Notes under the pieces: model-generated
What the model was told of the DNA's origin: nothing
Database searches by the model: none
The model's input: only the letters and a program-made list of their open reading frames with translations
Source: a virus
Reading direction: 5' to 3' (one strand)
Length of the DNA: 64,000 bases
IMG/VR virus record: IMGVR_UViG_3300043539_001773
In this document: positions 1 through 10,769 of the stretch, one piece after another
Numbering within the stretch: position 1 is the first letter of the stretch
Layout of the letters: every line of letters starts with the position of its first letter
Position numbers and translations under genes: made by a program

Positions 1-95
1 GCTAATACCACAACTCTAGGTCCGACTGGACTATCTTGACGGGAGATGCTGTAGAAGCGGTCTTTAATTATTGTTTTTACACCTGGTAGAGCCAT
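1..95 (-). CDS. Tail sheath protein, N-terminus (runs off the window)
   Basis: ATG at 95 with GGAGG SD; translates MALPGVKTIIKDRFYSISRQDSPVGPRVVVLA, a typical sheath 'PGV' start; preceded by the TTACTATAT motif. Confidence 0.6.
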   Translation of the reverse strand, partial: MALPGVKTIIKDRFYSISRQDSPVGPRVVVL

Positions 96-197
96 GTTAT
101 TCTTAACCTCCGAGTCAGGGATTTAATGGATTAACTCGAAAGATATAGTAATGGGGTACCTGTAAAAACTAACTAGATTTACGTATTCTACTAAATA

Positions 198-1010
198 TTA
201 TGAGTTCGGGGTAGCACTTTGGAATAAGTCTACAATACCTATGTTCATATCTGGATTGTAATACGAAGAAGGAGTCGCAGCTGCCTGCTCTATTAGATCC
301 TTTTCATAGGAAACCCATTGGCGTATATCGGCCACAATTGACTCAATCTTATCAACTGCTGATACATGTATTTTTTCAGTTGTTAACAAATATGTAACTG
401 TTCTTTTAACTACATCAGTTTGGTCCATGTTTGTTTCGGTATCCGAAACCCTTCTGGCATATACGAGTTCCGATGCCCCTAGTCTCTTAAAAACTGGAGT
501 GTATTCCAACATAAAATCTTCAAATATTTCCATAACTCTATCAGCTACTTCTGCCCCAGCATATCGTTGTTGATCGCCTGACAACTGGCCAGCATTGGCT
601 TCAACCATAACGGTAAAAGAGACAACGTTCTGAAAACGCTGACCTTCTATAATGTAATATTTACCATCTTCACCTAAAGCCTTATCCCTGTATCGCATTT
701 TGGGTTCTTGATTATGAGCTCTCTTTAATTCAAGGCCATAGGCTACACAAGGGTAAGATGCAAACTTACCTCCAAATGTTGCAACAATTGGAATGTCTGG
801 ATATGAGTTTTCCCAAAGCATTTTGACAACTTCGATAAATCCAAGATAGGTTAAATTTCCTTCGGCTTTTGATCTCCTTGAATCAGTATCATTATAATAC
901 TTAGGATCTTGCTCTCGAAGCCTATCTCTACTTTCCGTATATTGCTCCCACTTATTGCCTGGTGCTTGGTCAGCATTAAAGCTACCTGGAAATGGGAATG
1001 AAGACTGCAT
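198..1010 (-). CDS. Putative tail terminator/neck protein
   Basis: 270 aa ORF between the sheath-like genes; function inferred from position only. Confidence 0.4.
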   Translation of the reverse strand: MQSSFPFPGSFNADQAPGNKWEQYTESRDRLREQDPKYYNDTDSRRSKAEGNLTYLGFIEVVKMLWENSYPDIPIVATFGGKFASYPCVAYGLELKRAHNQEPKMRYRDKALGEDGKYYIIEGQRFQNVVSFTVMVEANAGQLSGDQQRYAGAEVADRVMEIFEDFMLEYTPVFKRLGASELVYARRVSDTETNMDQTDVVKRTVTYLLTTEKIHVSAVDKIESIVADIRQWVSYEKDLIEQAAATPSSYYNPDMNIGIVDLFQSATPNS

Positions 1011-1011
1011 A

Positions 1012-3087
1012 CTACGCTCCTGGTCCTGTAATTATGGAAAAATTAATACTTTTTAAACCAAGAGAAGAAACTAAATTTATTTCAAAAATTAAAGTTCCTC
1101 TTTCTGTTTTAGATCCATATGATTGAAGTTTATAATCCTTAATAGTTCTAGTAGATACTAGCGTATCAAGCATTGATTTGACTTGTGAGATTACTTTATC
1201 TTCCGCGTTCTTTCCTATGCCATCATTTGCTATAGCTTTTATTTCAGTTATAACCATGGCTACTAATCTCATTTGTGGAGCTTTTGTAAAAGAGCTATTT
1301 TTATTAGCCAATGTATAATCATTTGATATGTTTACTTCGTATGGATTACCCCTTAACGCTTTGCGTGTTCTATACACAACGTTTACACCAAGGTTATCTA
1401 ACCTTGCCAATGAGTCTGCGGATAAATTAGAACCGTAAACAGAATATGCTCCTGGTATTCTTTTTCTAATTATTCCATTATAGACTGGAGTTGATGACAT
1501 CATTCCGGCAAATGCTGCTGCTGCTGAACTCGTATATGATCTTCCAAAACCTATATGATTAAAAGTTAGCTCTCCATATACGGGAATAATATATCTACCT
1601 ATATCACTTTCTATTTCTCCGCTTATTGAGTAAGTGGTAAATTTATTTACAAGTCTAGTATTTTGTTCTAGAAGTTGAACATCACTGTCTTTTGTTCCAT
1701 TATTTTTAGAACCAATAATTCCCATTTGAACATATCCAGTAGCATTATTGAAAGAATAACAATGAACAGCTAGTTGAGCTATAAAGTCAACAGACCCAGT
1801 ATTTATCATCGAAGTTTCGAGTGGCACTATTATGTCAATGAAGTCAAGCCCTTTTGCTATATCATAACTTACTGCTAGTCTTTCATAATATTTTTCATAA
1901 AAGTTTACATTAGAATTTGTTTCCGCTGAAAAAAGTATTGGCATGTCGGTAAGTCTTTGAGAAATATCTTCGATGTATTCTGACATTGGCGCAGAAGCCA
2001 TCATGAATATAGACTTTGCTCCGCAGCTAAATGCATCATGAATTCCTCTTAGAAGAGGAGAAGAAGTATTTGCACCCAATAGGTTGGTAGCTTCTTGAAT
2101 TGAATTAATTTTTATAATTTGATTTAATTCAATTCCATCGCTATGACCTATAAATAATATTGAATTGGTATTATAATATTCTTCTAGTGAATCAAAAATT
2201 GGTCTCTTCGAAATGCTTGCACCAGTTGTTGGTCCTGTTAAATCTTTAGATACTCCAGTTGTATTGATGACAGAATATTTTCCTGTTGTAAGTTGTTCTC
2301 CATTAGATAATGGAATATTTGTTTTAATAGAAAATTTATTACTTGCCGGAACCGAAGAAATAAAATGGTTTCCATTAAACGCTGCACTTATTTCCAATAT
2401 CGAAACTTGATCACCAGATGATAAGTTGTGATCAATATCAGTTGATAAAGTTATCACTCCATTTTCTATTTTTTTATATACTATATTTCCGACTCTACCA
2501 ATTTGACTTCTAGATACTTCAAAGTGATGTTCAATTACCTGAGTTCTATCGTTGTATGCACATTGAATGGAGACGGTATAAGTCCCGCCAAAAAGCGTAT
2601 CTGGAATTTTATAATAAAAACCATACTCAGAGTCTGATGGTCTATTATAATAAGAATTTGTTTTAAGAGCTAATCTTGCATACGCTTTTGCGGCGTTATA
2701 GCTTGATAAACTTGGTAAGGTAGTAGCAGCTGTCCTTGCTATTACTGATTTTGTAGTTGGTGCAGATGTGATTATATACTCTGCGTTATATCCACCGCCA
2801 ACACCATAGATGATTACAGTATCTCCAGCAGCTAACTTGTGATCTACATCAAACGTAAATGTTGCCGAAACATGACCACTCGTTATTGAAGTTGGTGGTG
2901 TTATTGATATAATTCGATAACTTGTATTAATCAATGAAGTAGAAGAATGAATTATATTGCCATCACCTCTTGAAACTGTTGCATATATATCTACAGGAGT
3001 AGCTTGATCTAAAGGGTCGTAGAACTCACCGTTTACCAAAAAGGCAAATCTAAACTTTACCAACTGACCATTGTGTACTCTTAACAT
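1012..3087 (-). CDS. Tail-sheath-like protein with N-terminal beta-rich repeats
   Basis: C-terminal ~350 aa resembles the sheath C-terminal domain (NDYTL..FTKAPQMRLV..LIFEINLVSSLGLKSINFSI); two H.L..GD.V.I repeats in the N-terminal half. Confidence 0.55.
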   Translation of the reverse strand: MLRVHNGQLVKFRFAFLVNGEFYDPLDQATPVDIYATVSRGDGNIIHSSTSLINTSYRIISITPPTSITSGHVSATFTFDVDHKLAAGDTVIIYGVGGGYNAEYIITSAPTTKSVIARTAATTLPSLSSYNAAKAYARLALKTNSYYNRPSDSEYGFYYKIPDTLFGGTYTVSIQCAYNDRTQVIEHHFEVSRSQIGRVGNIVYKKIENGVITLSTDIDHNLSSGDQVSILEISAAFNGNHFISSVPASNKFSIKTNIPLSNGEQLTTGKYSVINTTGVSKDLTGPTTGASISKRPIFDSLEEYYNTNSILFIGHSDGIELNQIIKINSIQEATNLLGANTSSPLLRGIHDAFSCGAKSIFMMASAPMSEYIEDISQRLTDMPILFSAETNSNVNFYEKYYERLAVSYDIAKGLDFIDIIVPLETSMINTGSVDFIAQLAVHCYSFNNATGYVQMGIIGSKNNGTKDSDVQLLEQNTRLVNKFTTYSISGEIESDIGRYIIPVYGELTFNHIGFGRSYTSSAAAAFAGMMSSTPVYNGIIRKRIPGAYSVYGSNLSADSLARLDNLGVNVVYRTRKALRGNPYEVNISNDYTLANKNSSFTKAPQMRLVAMVITEIKAIANDGIGKNAEDKVISQVKSMLDTLVSTRTIKDYKLQSYGSKTERGTLIFEINLVSSLGLKSINFSIITGPGA

Positions 3088-3460
3088 TTAATTTTTACTT
3101 TCTCTAGTCGCACCTGCAACCCAGTAAACTACTTTTCCGCCTCTACCTCTTACTGGAGCAGAAAAGTCTACTAAAAAAATTTGCTGACCACTTGAATAGT
3201 CTTCATATATTCTATCACCAGATTTAATATTTGCTGTATCTTGAAAATAATATATCACTTCAGAGCTAACGGTTAAGCCTTGTATGTTTTCTTCTAGTAT
3301 ATTAGCAAATCCGTTGAGCTCCCGGATATACAGCTCTTACGGTATACCTTTGCATCTTTTTGCTATAGGTCATAGTTTTCTGATCTAATACTTTTTGAAC
3401 TAATACATTGTGACCCCAACTGCGCAGTATATTACTTAATGTGCGTTTTGGATCAATCAT
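3088..3460 (-). CDS. Putative head-closure protein; needs +1 shift at CGG (3311-3313)
   Basis: MIDPKRTLSNILRSWGHNVLVQK...YPGAQ-C-GFANILEE...GDRIYE...GRGGKVVYWVAGATRESKN; 373 nt = 3n+1; missing from the ORF track. Confidence 0.7.
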
Positions 3461-4343
3461 ACTTCCTTATTCCTCTTTCTGGAATTGGATTCTGATCTGG
3501 CGACTGGATATGAGTTGGTCCATATAAATCTCTTGGAGTGTAGTAAACTGACAATCCGGTATATGGATCCATAGTTCTTCCGGCTCCAATTGTTGGAAGA
3601 CTTGGTAAACCTTTTGGTTGAACTGCTTTCATTCCAACTTTTGATGTTAACATTTCTTTTCTAAGCATTGCTGCAATTTGACACCAAGTGGTAGCGTTAG
3701 CTCTACTTAAAGTGTTTCTAGGTAAATTTTTGTTAGTTATCGAAAGATCGCCAAGCCTTACCGAAAGCTCATCATCTCCGCCATTTCCATAAACTCTTGT
3801 CAGCTCACAACAGGTGGCTGCTCTTACATATTCAAATGCTGTAAATGGAATATTTGTTCCATCTTCAGTTTCTAATAATTTAAATATATTCTTTATTTCT
3901 ATAGAATAGTTATGTACAAATTCACCTATTTCCAAAAGGGAAGCGTCAGGGAAATACGGGAGGAGTTGCTCCGGATCAAGATACAATGGCTCTATATCCG
4001 CTGCAAAAGCTATTATTTCATCTTCTCTTAAGAAGACTGTTGGCCTATAATCTTCCGTTGGAGTACTGACATATATCTGTTGATTAACGCTAATCGTAGT
4101 ATTGTTTGCTAGAATACCATTAAAAGAAACTCTATACGTACCAGCTGTTGATGGAGTGTAGTCATAATAGAATTCAGAGCCGCTAAGCGACGCAGGGGTA
4201 ACCGATATTATTAGCACATTACTTGAATTTGTTATACTCATGGAAACCGATATAGGAGAAACTTCTACCTGATTACCATTAATATCTACGTCAATAAATT
4301 TAACCTTTAGACGCACAGTATCATTGACTAGTATATTTGCCAT
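3453..4343 (-). CDS. Head-tail connector/neck protein with N-terminal Ig-like domain
   Basis: Ig-like motif YYDYTPSTAGTYRVSF; SVRLGDLSI motif; position in the neck module. Confidence 0.5.
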   Translation of the reverse strand: MANILVNDTVRLKVKFIDVDINGNQVEVSPISVSMSITNSSNVLIISVTPASLSGSEFYYDYTPSTAGTYRVSFNGILANNTTISVNQQIYVSTPTEDYRPTVFLREDEIIAFAADIEPLYLDPEQLLPYFPDASLLEIGEFVHNYSIEIKNIFKLLETEDGTNIPFTAFEYVRAATCCELTRVYGNGGDDELSVRLGDLSITNKNLPRNTLSRANATTWCQIAAMLRKEMLTSKVGMKAVQPKGLPSLPTIGAGRTMDPYTGLSVYYTPRDLYGPTHIQSPDQNPIPERGIRKYD

Positions 4344-4402
4344 TTTTCCCTCTTTAAAAAGTAGATATTTATATAGTAGTACTTTAAATTGTGTTGGTGA
4401 GG

Positions 4403-4777
4403 TTATTCACTCTGATTCTGAACACTAACAAGTGTGCTAGAGTTTATACTTGTTTCAGTTGTCTGGATAATCCCGGCGCCTTCTTTTTCAGAGATTTCTA
4501 TTGTAATAAGTGTGCCAGAATGTATGGTTATTTCACTAGCTTGAATAAGCGCAGCGCCTTCCTTCTGAAGAGCCTGTATCGTGATTACACCGCTTGGAGC
4601 TAAATCTATGCTGACAACGCCTATTGCGGTGGCTACCGAATAGTCTTCTTTTCCACCAAAGTTAACTTTGATATCATTTAAAATAACAGGATTTGATATT
4701 CCTTCTATTATTAATACAACAGTTCCATTATATTGAATACCAGACTGGTTATAGTCAATAAGGTCATTGTAAAGCAT
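4403..4777 (-). CDS. Hypothetical virion protein
   Basis: ORF with GAAGGA SD and upstream TTACTATAT motif. Confidence 0.5.
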   Translation of the reverse strand: MLYNDLIDYNQSGIQYNGTVVLIIEGISNPVILNDIKVNFGGKEDYSVATAIGVVSIDLAPSGVITIQALQKEGAALIQASEITIHSGTLITIEISEKEGAGIIQTTETSINSSTLVSVQNQSE

Positions 4778-4832
4778 AAAGGTCCTTCAAAAGATTTTAA
4801 CTATATAGTAATGATATAAGATTAAATTATTA

Positions 4833-5621
4833 TTAGAATTCTAAACCAGCATCCTTGCGCAGGTTTGGCATCCATATTCTTGAGTCTCCCTCAAAGTGAT
4901 GCTCAGGAGTACCGTAAAGAAACGAGCCAAGGTATGCTATTCTAAGGCCATTGGTTACTGGAGCAACCTCGTGAGTACCTATGAAGTTGGTTGGATAGAT
5001 AACCGCAGAACCAGCCTTTGGCTTGTGCGTGTGCTTAGCGTGCCTGTGGGTTATCTCTCCACCTAAGAAATTGTATTCATTAAGATCTTCAACATTATCT
5101 ACTGAATCATTTAAATAAATGTTTACACTTACCTTACTATGCTTTGGATATTCACTAGCAGGAGCTTTGCCAAATTCGTGAGGTATCTGATCATCGCAGT
5201 GAGGGCCTATATTTTGACCTTTTTCGTAAGTGGCTATATGTCCCATACCTCTCCACCAGCACACTGTAGAGGCATCAGGGTAGTACTTGCAATACTCGAC
5301 CAAGATTCTATACATCAAATCTTCTAGATCTGCTATAAACTGCTCCTGCTGTGGTGTAACGTCTCTATTTGGACTCCATTTTAATAATGGATCTATGAAC
5401 CTACTAGGTGCCAACATTACGCCATCAGGATCAAATTTAAAACCAGTTCTGTTTATAGCGTATCGTTTACCATCTTCTTCAATATAAGTAAAGGTTTCTT
5501 CTTCGACCTCTCTTAAATAGTTAATATAATCAAAAAGGAATTTTTGGTCTACATCAATACAGTCTTTTACCACACATAGTCCGCTACCAATATCGGTCAT
5601 ATTTATTCTTGTATCTATCAC
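4833..5621 (-). CDS. 2OG-Fe(II) oxygenase, prolyl 4-hydroxylase-like
   Basis: HCD...YLND...GGE...HEV.PV..G.R motif set. Confidence 0.85.
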   Translation of the reverse strand: MIDTRINMTDIGSGLCVVKDCIDVDQKFLFDYINYLREVEEETFTYIEEDGKRYAINRTGFKFDPDGVMLAPSRFIDPLLKWSPNRDVTPQQEQFIADLEDLMYRILVEYCKYYPDASTVCWWRGMGHIATYEKGQNIGPHCDDQIPHEFGKAPASEYPKHSKVSVNIYLNDSVDNVEDLNEYNFLGGEITHRHAKHTHKPKAGSAVIYPTNFIGTHEVAPVTNGLRIAYLGSFLYGTPEHHFEGDSRIWMPNLRKDAGLEF

Positions 5622-5622
5622 A

Positions 5623-6522
5623 TCAACTACCGTAACTCGAAACAGTTATTCTATATTGTTCTGAAAATTTATCGAATCCTCTGTTTAGTAAATGATTTTG
5701 ATAATCTTTTACAAATGTTGGCATGTACACGTTAGTTGAGAATTGTGCCACTTCTGGATTCTTTAGTGGATCTTCTACGCTCTCTTTAACTTCTATATTT
5801 GGAGTTCCTTGACTATACCATCCTAAATAAGAAAATCTTAAACCTTTTTCTACAACTTTTACTTCATGACCAGCTGTATAGGATGCTGGGAAAAATATAA
5901 TATCTCCCCTTTTTGGTTTGTGTGTTATGTTTAAGTAGTTAAAGTAGTGGTCACCACCCATGAAATTTTTTCCATTCAATTCATCTTCACTCTCAACGGA
6001 GTCATTAAAGTAAATTAAAGCAGTCACAGTACTGCGCATTGCTAATTGGTCATTGGGAGTCCAAACATCATATATATAATCAGTACTGATGTCCGAATGA
6101 GGACCCAGATATGCTCCTTCTTTATAAGAAACAATATGGCCTTTTACCTTCCACCATATGCATTTGAACGCAAGTGGATAGGCTTCTAAGTATTTAAACA
6201 AATAGTTATCTCTAGCGGATTCTAAACCATTTAAAAATTCTATTACTTCTTTTCTTGGATCTTGATGTGCTGCTGATCCTCTGCCTGGCATCCCGTCAAT
6301 ACTGTCTTTGCCAAAAAAGTATCCGCTTCTATTTACATATATCTCTTCCCCAGTCTCTGGGTCAATTCCAGGAGTATACATGGCTGCTTTTTCTCTAGCT
6401 ACAATTTCACTACAAAGGTCAAAAGAATAGTCTGCATCGAACTCTATGGCAGACCTAAATATAACTACTCCGCCCCCAAGATTTTCTCCCTCTACATCTT
6501 TATTCAAAACAAAATTATTCAT
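5623..6522 (-). CDS. 2OG-Fe(II) oxygenase, prolyl 4-hydroxylase-like
   Basis: HSD...YFND...GGD...HEVKVV..G.R; start moved to MNNFV. Confidence 0.85.
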   Translation of the reverse strand: MNNFVLNKDVEGENLGGGVVIFRSAIEFDADYSFDLCSEIVAREKAAMYTPGIDPETGEEIYVNRSGYFFGKDSIDGMPGRGSAAHQDPRKEVIEFLNGLESARDNYLFKYLEAYPLAFKCIWWKVKGHIVSYKEGAYLGPHSDISTDYIYDVWTPNDQLAMRSTVTALIYFNDSVESEDELNGKNFMGGDHYFNYLNITHKPKRGDIIFFPASYTAGHEVKVVEKGLRFSYLGWYSQGTPNIEVKESVEDPLKNPEVAQFSTNVYMPTFVKDYQNHLLNRGFDKFSEQYRITVSSYGS

Positions 6523-7432
6523 CGCGCATCTCCTTAACAGTGTTAGCACTATTGTACACTCTATGTGTTGCTCGTAGCAACTCGTTAATCTTTTTTGGGT
6601 CTACGTCTTTATAATTTTCATTAACAAAATCTACATAGTCTTTAACTATATTTGGCATCCATATTTGACCTTGAGAACCAACTGGAATTTCACCATGAGT
6701 TATATTGATCCCTCTTTCTAGATGAGGTGAACCTTGAGAAAAATAACCTATGTAAGCATATCTGTTTCCATCCGTGCACGGATACACTTCATGTGAACCT
6801 AGGTAGTTGGATGGAAACATTAACATGTCTCCAGTTTTTGGTTTATATTTTATATTTGCGTAAGGAAATTCTATTTCCCCACCTAGGTATTCATAATTTT
6901 TGATATCATCTATTGTTTCAACTGAATCATTCAGATAGATAATCATACCCAAAACACTTCTAGTTGCTACTTGAAGATCTGGTTCAAAGCCAGGTTGATA
7001 GTTCACATCATTATCACTATGTAGACCCATTGCGCTCTCTGGCCCGTAAGCTAATATATGACCTTGTGTTCTCCACCATAAGCTTGTCAATATCATTGGA
7101 AAGACTGTTGTATAACTTAATCCGCCTTGATAAAAAGATCTTTCGCAGCCCTCAAAAAAATCAATAATTTCTTTACTGGTATTCTCATCTACAAAGTTCA
7201 TAATATGACTTGAACTTTTATATATATCTTCTATAGTATATCTATGCCCACTTCTATTTATTGCATAGATCGGCTTATTGCTATCGTCGTAAACTATTGT
7301 ATAGTCTTCTTTTATTGCTTTTTCTTTTAGAGATGCAATATATGGAAGAATAATATCTTGATCCACATTAACAGCGTTCCTAAAAAGAACTATACCAGAA
7401 CCAAGATGTTCTGGCATTAACATTGCATTCAC
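6515..7432 (-). CDS. 2OG-Fe(II) oxygenase, prolyl 4-hydroxylase-like
   Basis: HSD...YLND...GGEIEF...HEV..C..G.R. Confidence 0.85.
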   Translation of the reverse strand: MNAMLMPEHLGSGIVLFRNAVNVDQDIILPYIASLKEKAIKEDYTIVYDDSNKPIYAINRSGHRYTIEDIYKSSSHIMNFVDENTSKEIIDFFEGCERSFYQGGLSYTTVFPMILTSLWWRTQGHILAYGPESAMGLHSDNDVNYQPGFEPDLQVATRSVLGMIIYLNDSVETIDDIKNYEYLGGEIEFPYANIKYKPKTGDMLMFPSNYLGSHEVYPCTDGNRYAYIGYFSQGSPHLERGINITHGEIPVGSQGQIWMPNIVKDYVDFVNENYKDVDPKKINELLRATHRVYNSANTVKEMRDE

Positions 7433-7433
7433 C

Positions 7434-8534
7434 TTATATGGCTACTGGATCAGTCCCACACGGACCTTCTGGAAGGTCAGCGTCAGAATTATTTGCAACT
7501 GCAACTTGCTCCTTAACCTCTATGGCTTCGTGAGTACTGCTATATTGGGCAACATTTCTACCTTGATAAACTGGATTCCAGCCAAGCTCTACTTTAGTGT
7601 TTTCTGGATTGCTAAATAGTGAATATGGCGATTTACAGTATCTTTCATAATCATCATATATATTATTAAGCCAAACACCTGGACACCATTCAAAGCTTCT
7701 TTCTGGTTCGCTAATAACTACATTAGCTGGGATGTCATCGCCACCTTGGCCAAAGAAAGATAGATAAGAATATCTTACACCCTTGCCCATTTTCTCAACA
7801 TCATGAGCAGCAATGTAGTTTGTTGGGAAAAATATAATATCGCCTCTTTGCGGCTTGTATGAAATGCCAAGGTGAATAAAACGAAGATGACCACCTGTAA
7901 AGTTTCTTCCATCTAATTCTTCTTCAGATTCGACACAGTCATTTAGGTATAATAATGATCCACAAGTTTGTCTTGCAGCAACCATGCCTCTAGGCATGTA
8001 TCTGACTCCGCCAGTTACCTTGTAGTTTGTATCGTTATCTGAATGACAACCTAATATGCCGCCATCACCATATCTTAAAACGTGACCTCTATTTTTCCAC
8101 CAGATACTGCCAACAACTAGTGGGTAATTATCTATGTACTTAAGAAGACATTTGTAATTCTGTTCTTCTAGGTAAAGAAAAAAATCTTTAACCTTGTCTG
8201 GAGTTTCATCCGTAACAGGGTGTAAAAGTCTAATTGGTGTAGTTGGGACATCCTGAAGCCTATATCTAAAACCATCTTCATTGATACCGTACTCTACGCC
8301 GTCTTCTCCGGTAATATAAGTCCATCTGTTTTCATGAGCTTTTTCGGCTTTAGAATCAATATAGTTAAGTATCAATTCTTGATCTATTTTAAAAGCATTT
8401 CTGAAAACGATAACACCAGGTCCAAGCACTTCTATCTGAAAGTCATTTATTTCTTTTAGTTCCTTTTCACCAATCTCTGGTGTAACTGGAAATGGAGTAC
8501 TATTAATAAATTTATCTTTTGGTTGATTTTCCAT
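7434..8534 (-). CDS. 2OG-Fe(II) oxygenase, prolyl 4-hydroxylase-like
   Basis: HSD...YLND...GGHL...HDV...G.R; paralog of the three adjacent genes. Confidence 0.85.
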   Translation of the reverse strand: MENQPKDKFINSTPFPVTPEIGEKELKEINDFQIEVLGPGVIVFRNAFKIDQELILNYIDSKAEKAHENRWTYITGEDGVEYGINEDGFRYRLQDVPTTPIRLLHPVTDETPDKVKDFFLYLEEQNYKCLLKYIDNYPLVVGSIWWKNRGHVLRYGDGGILGCHSDNDTNYKVTGGVRYMPRGMVAARQTCGSLLYLNDCVESEEELDGRNFTGGHLRFIHLGISYKPQRGDIIFFPTNYIAAHDVEKMGKGVRYSYLSFFGQGGDDIPANVVISEPERSFEWCPGVWLNNIYDDYERYCKSPYSLFSNPENTKVELGWNPVYQGRNVAQYSSTHEAIEVKEQVAVANNSDADLPEGPCGTDPVAI

Positions 8535-8536
8535 AA

Positions 8537-9154
8537 TTATCCTAACATCTCATCAATAGCTTCTCTAATTGTCCATCCGGCACCCATAACCCTTGGTACT
8601 TCATCTAGAGGCATATCTTGCCAGTTAAATCTAGCAACCATAATACCGTCTCTACTAACTAAAAATTTTTCATATCCATGTGAAATTCTAGCAATTGCTT
8701 GTCCAGCTAAATTTTGATTCTCTACAGCCTTATCGCTTTGATCAGCGGTAAAGTCTGAGTAGTTTCTCTTCTCATTACCCTTCAGCGCTGAAAATACAGG
8801 GTGTTCGTTTTTCCCATTGACATCTGCTTTTTCAAAAAATGGAAAAGTCACAAAAGGATAATGCTCTTTAACAAAAGGGATTATCTCTTCATTTGTTCCT
8901 GGTTCCATTTGGGCAAATTGGTTATTAGGAAATGCCAATACGGAAAACCCTCTATCCTTAAATTCGTCATGCACTTGTTGCAGTTGCCACAATTGACGCG
9001 ATGTTCTAGCATAAGACCACACCTTGGAGCACTTAGGTTCATAACCACCAGCCTTTGTGGAGACGTTTACGATCAAAGTAAGTTTACCTTTAAACGTGGA
9101 TAAGTAGTTTTTTTGACCATCTATCGATGTAGCTTCTATATCATAAATTGACAT
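8537..9154 (-). CDS. Glutathione peroxidase family protein
   Basis: FKGKLTLIVNV, GFSVLAFPNNQF..EPG, EK.DVNG...HP, EKFLVSRDG; start at MSIYD. Confidence 0.85.
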   Translation of the reverse strand: MSIYDIEATSIDGQKNYLSTFKGKLTLIVNVSTKAGGYEPKCSKVWSYARTSRQLWQLQQVHDEFKDRGFSVLAFPNNQFAQMEPGTNEEIIPFVKEHYPFVTFPFFEKADVNGKNEHPVFSALKGNEKRNYSDFTADQSDKAVENQNLAGQAIARISHGYEKFLVSRDGIMVARFNWQDMPLDEVPRVMGAGWTIREAIDEMLG

Positions 9155-9464
9155 TTTTTTCACCTTTGATGTCGAGTTTTGCATACTGATCTATTTCTAA
9201 GGTGCCTTCAAATTTGTCATCAACTACTTCTACATTTACGGTAAGAGTAGCTTTTATTGGGGTATCTACGGTTGCAGAAAATGTAATTGTATCACCTGAT
9301 ACAACGCCATTGTCAAAATCTAAGGAACCTCTTTCGCCAATAATTGTTCCAGAAACAAATGGTTCAATTGAAGTAATGTTGGCCGTACTGTTACTAACTC
9401 CAAATGGGGTAAATACAGAAACTTGCCAATTTCCAATGATGTTTGGTGTTTTTTGATCGTTCAT
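9141..9464 (-). CDS. Hypothetical beta-rich protein
   Basis: ORF directly after a TGCTATACT -10 element (leaderless). Confidence 0.55.
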   Translation of the reverse strand: MNDQKTPNIIGNWQVSVFTPFGVSNSTANITSIEPFVSGTIIGERGSLDFDNGVVSGDTITFSATVDTPIKATLTVNVEVVDDKFEGTLEIDQYAKLDIKGEKNVNL

Positions 9465-9487
9465 ACTTTATAGTATAGCACACCTTA

Positions 9488-10099
9488 TTATCTGGCGTAT
9501 CCTGACCAATCTTGAGTTTGTGCTTGCGTAGGATATTTTGGGGAAAGATTTGCACTTATAACAACCCTATTTTGATCTAAGTTATTATGCCTATTAGTCA
9601 TATGGGGTATGAAAGAATTGAATATAATTAATAATCCTTCTTCTGCTGCTACGGAAACAAAACTTTCCATCGTGTTACATGCAGTTATATTAAACTGAAT
9701 ATCAGCACTTCCTTCTGGGGCGTTTGCGTAGTAGGCAATGGAGTAATATTCGTTTGGATATAAGTGTGTATTCAATTTATGGGAATGATAACCAACAGAC
9801 TGACCATATTCTAGAGTTAGAGTCCATATATCGTTTAGTAGCATCTCTTTACCAAGAGCTATGCTTACTTCGCTTTGGAGTGCGGTAATAAGTTTTTCTG
9901 ATTCTGTTTCACCAAATGGATATGTCTGATCCTCAAAATAAGAATGGTTTTTATCTTCAACAAATGAATTGTCAATTTTTTTAGAATGTGTTTTTATTTC
10001 TTCATATAGTTTATTGTTATCTATATAGTTTAATTTTTTCTTATAAATGCCAATGTTTAAAAGCGATTGGAATTCAAAATCATTCATAGTAAAATTCAC
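9488..10099 (-). CDS. Putative 2OG-Fe(II) oxygenase (TIGR02466-like)
   Basis: HSH...YY...G.LIIFNSFIPH...RVVISAN. Confidence 0.7.
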   Translation of the reverse strand: MNFTMNDFEFQSLLNIGIYKKKLNYIDNNKLYEEIKTHSKKIDNSFVEDKNHSYFEDQTYPFGETESEKLITALQSEVSIALGKEMLLNDIWTLTLEYGQSVGYHSHKLNTHLYPNEYYSIAYYANAPEGSADIQFNITACNTMESFVSVAAEEGLLIIFNSFIPHMTNRHNNLDQNRVVISANLSPKYPTQAQTQDWSGYAR

Positions 10100-10757
10100 C
10101 GGTTTCTAGGGCTAAGGGAGGACTATCCTTATGCCAAACGTTGATGATCATAACCCTTCTTATTCCCGTAATTGGAGGAGTAGTATTATGAACCATGTGG
10201 CCAGCATCAAAAATTATCAGTCTATTTGGTTTGCAAGCTATTCTTTCACGTTCTTCAAGCACAGAAATATTATTTTTAATATTTTCTGTTTCTAAGGCGT
10301 TGAGAGTATTCTCAATAATTGCATTAGGATGCAACTCTAGGAATCCGCCTACAACATCATTCGTATGAGGGTAGTACACACAGCCTATTGCTGGACCACG
10401 AAAAATTTTCTCTTTTGCATACAAGAAGGTGTCTTCGTCAACGTGCGTATCTAGGTATTGACCAGGGTTAAATGTCCTAGTCCAATATTCGAAACCACAA
10501 ACATCTTTTTCATCAAAAGGGAGATTGTTTTCCCATATAGATTTAATTATTTGTTTGGAAAGTGTGTTTGTTTCAGATTTCCACCAACCATCCCAAAACA
10601 TGTATGGGGCAAAACAACTTGATTTCTCATAGTGATATGAGTTTAATTCAGTAGCAATTCTTATTTCTGAACCCATTGATTGGGGGAACAAGTTTTCTGA
10701 CAATTCAATTTGCTTTAATAGCTCAGAATCTTTTATAAAATTATCAATTACTATCAT
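10080..10757 (-). CDS. 2OG-Fe(II) oxygenase
   Basis: IVIDNF...HVD...GGFL...PNRLIIFD..H.....R. Confidence 0.8.
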   Translation of the reverse strand: MIVIDNFIKDSELLKQIELSENLFPQSMGSEIRIATELNSYHYEKSSCFAPYMFWDGWWKSETNTLSKQIIKSIWENNLPFDEKDVCGFEYWTRTFNPGQYLDTHVDEDTFLYAKEKIFRGPAIGCVYYPHTNDVVGGFLELHPNAIIENTLNALETENIKNNISVLEERERIACKPNRLIIFDAGHMVHNTTPPITGIRRVMIINVWHKDSPPLALETGEFYYE

Positions 10758-10769
10758 GATAGTATTATA

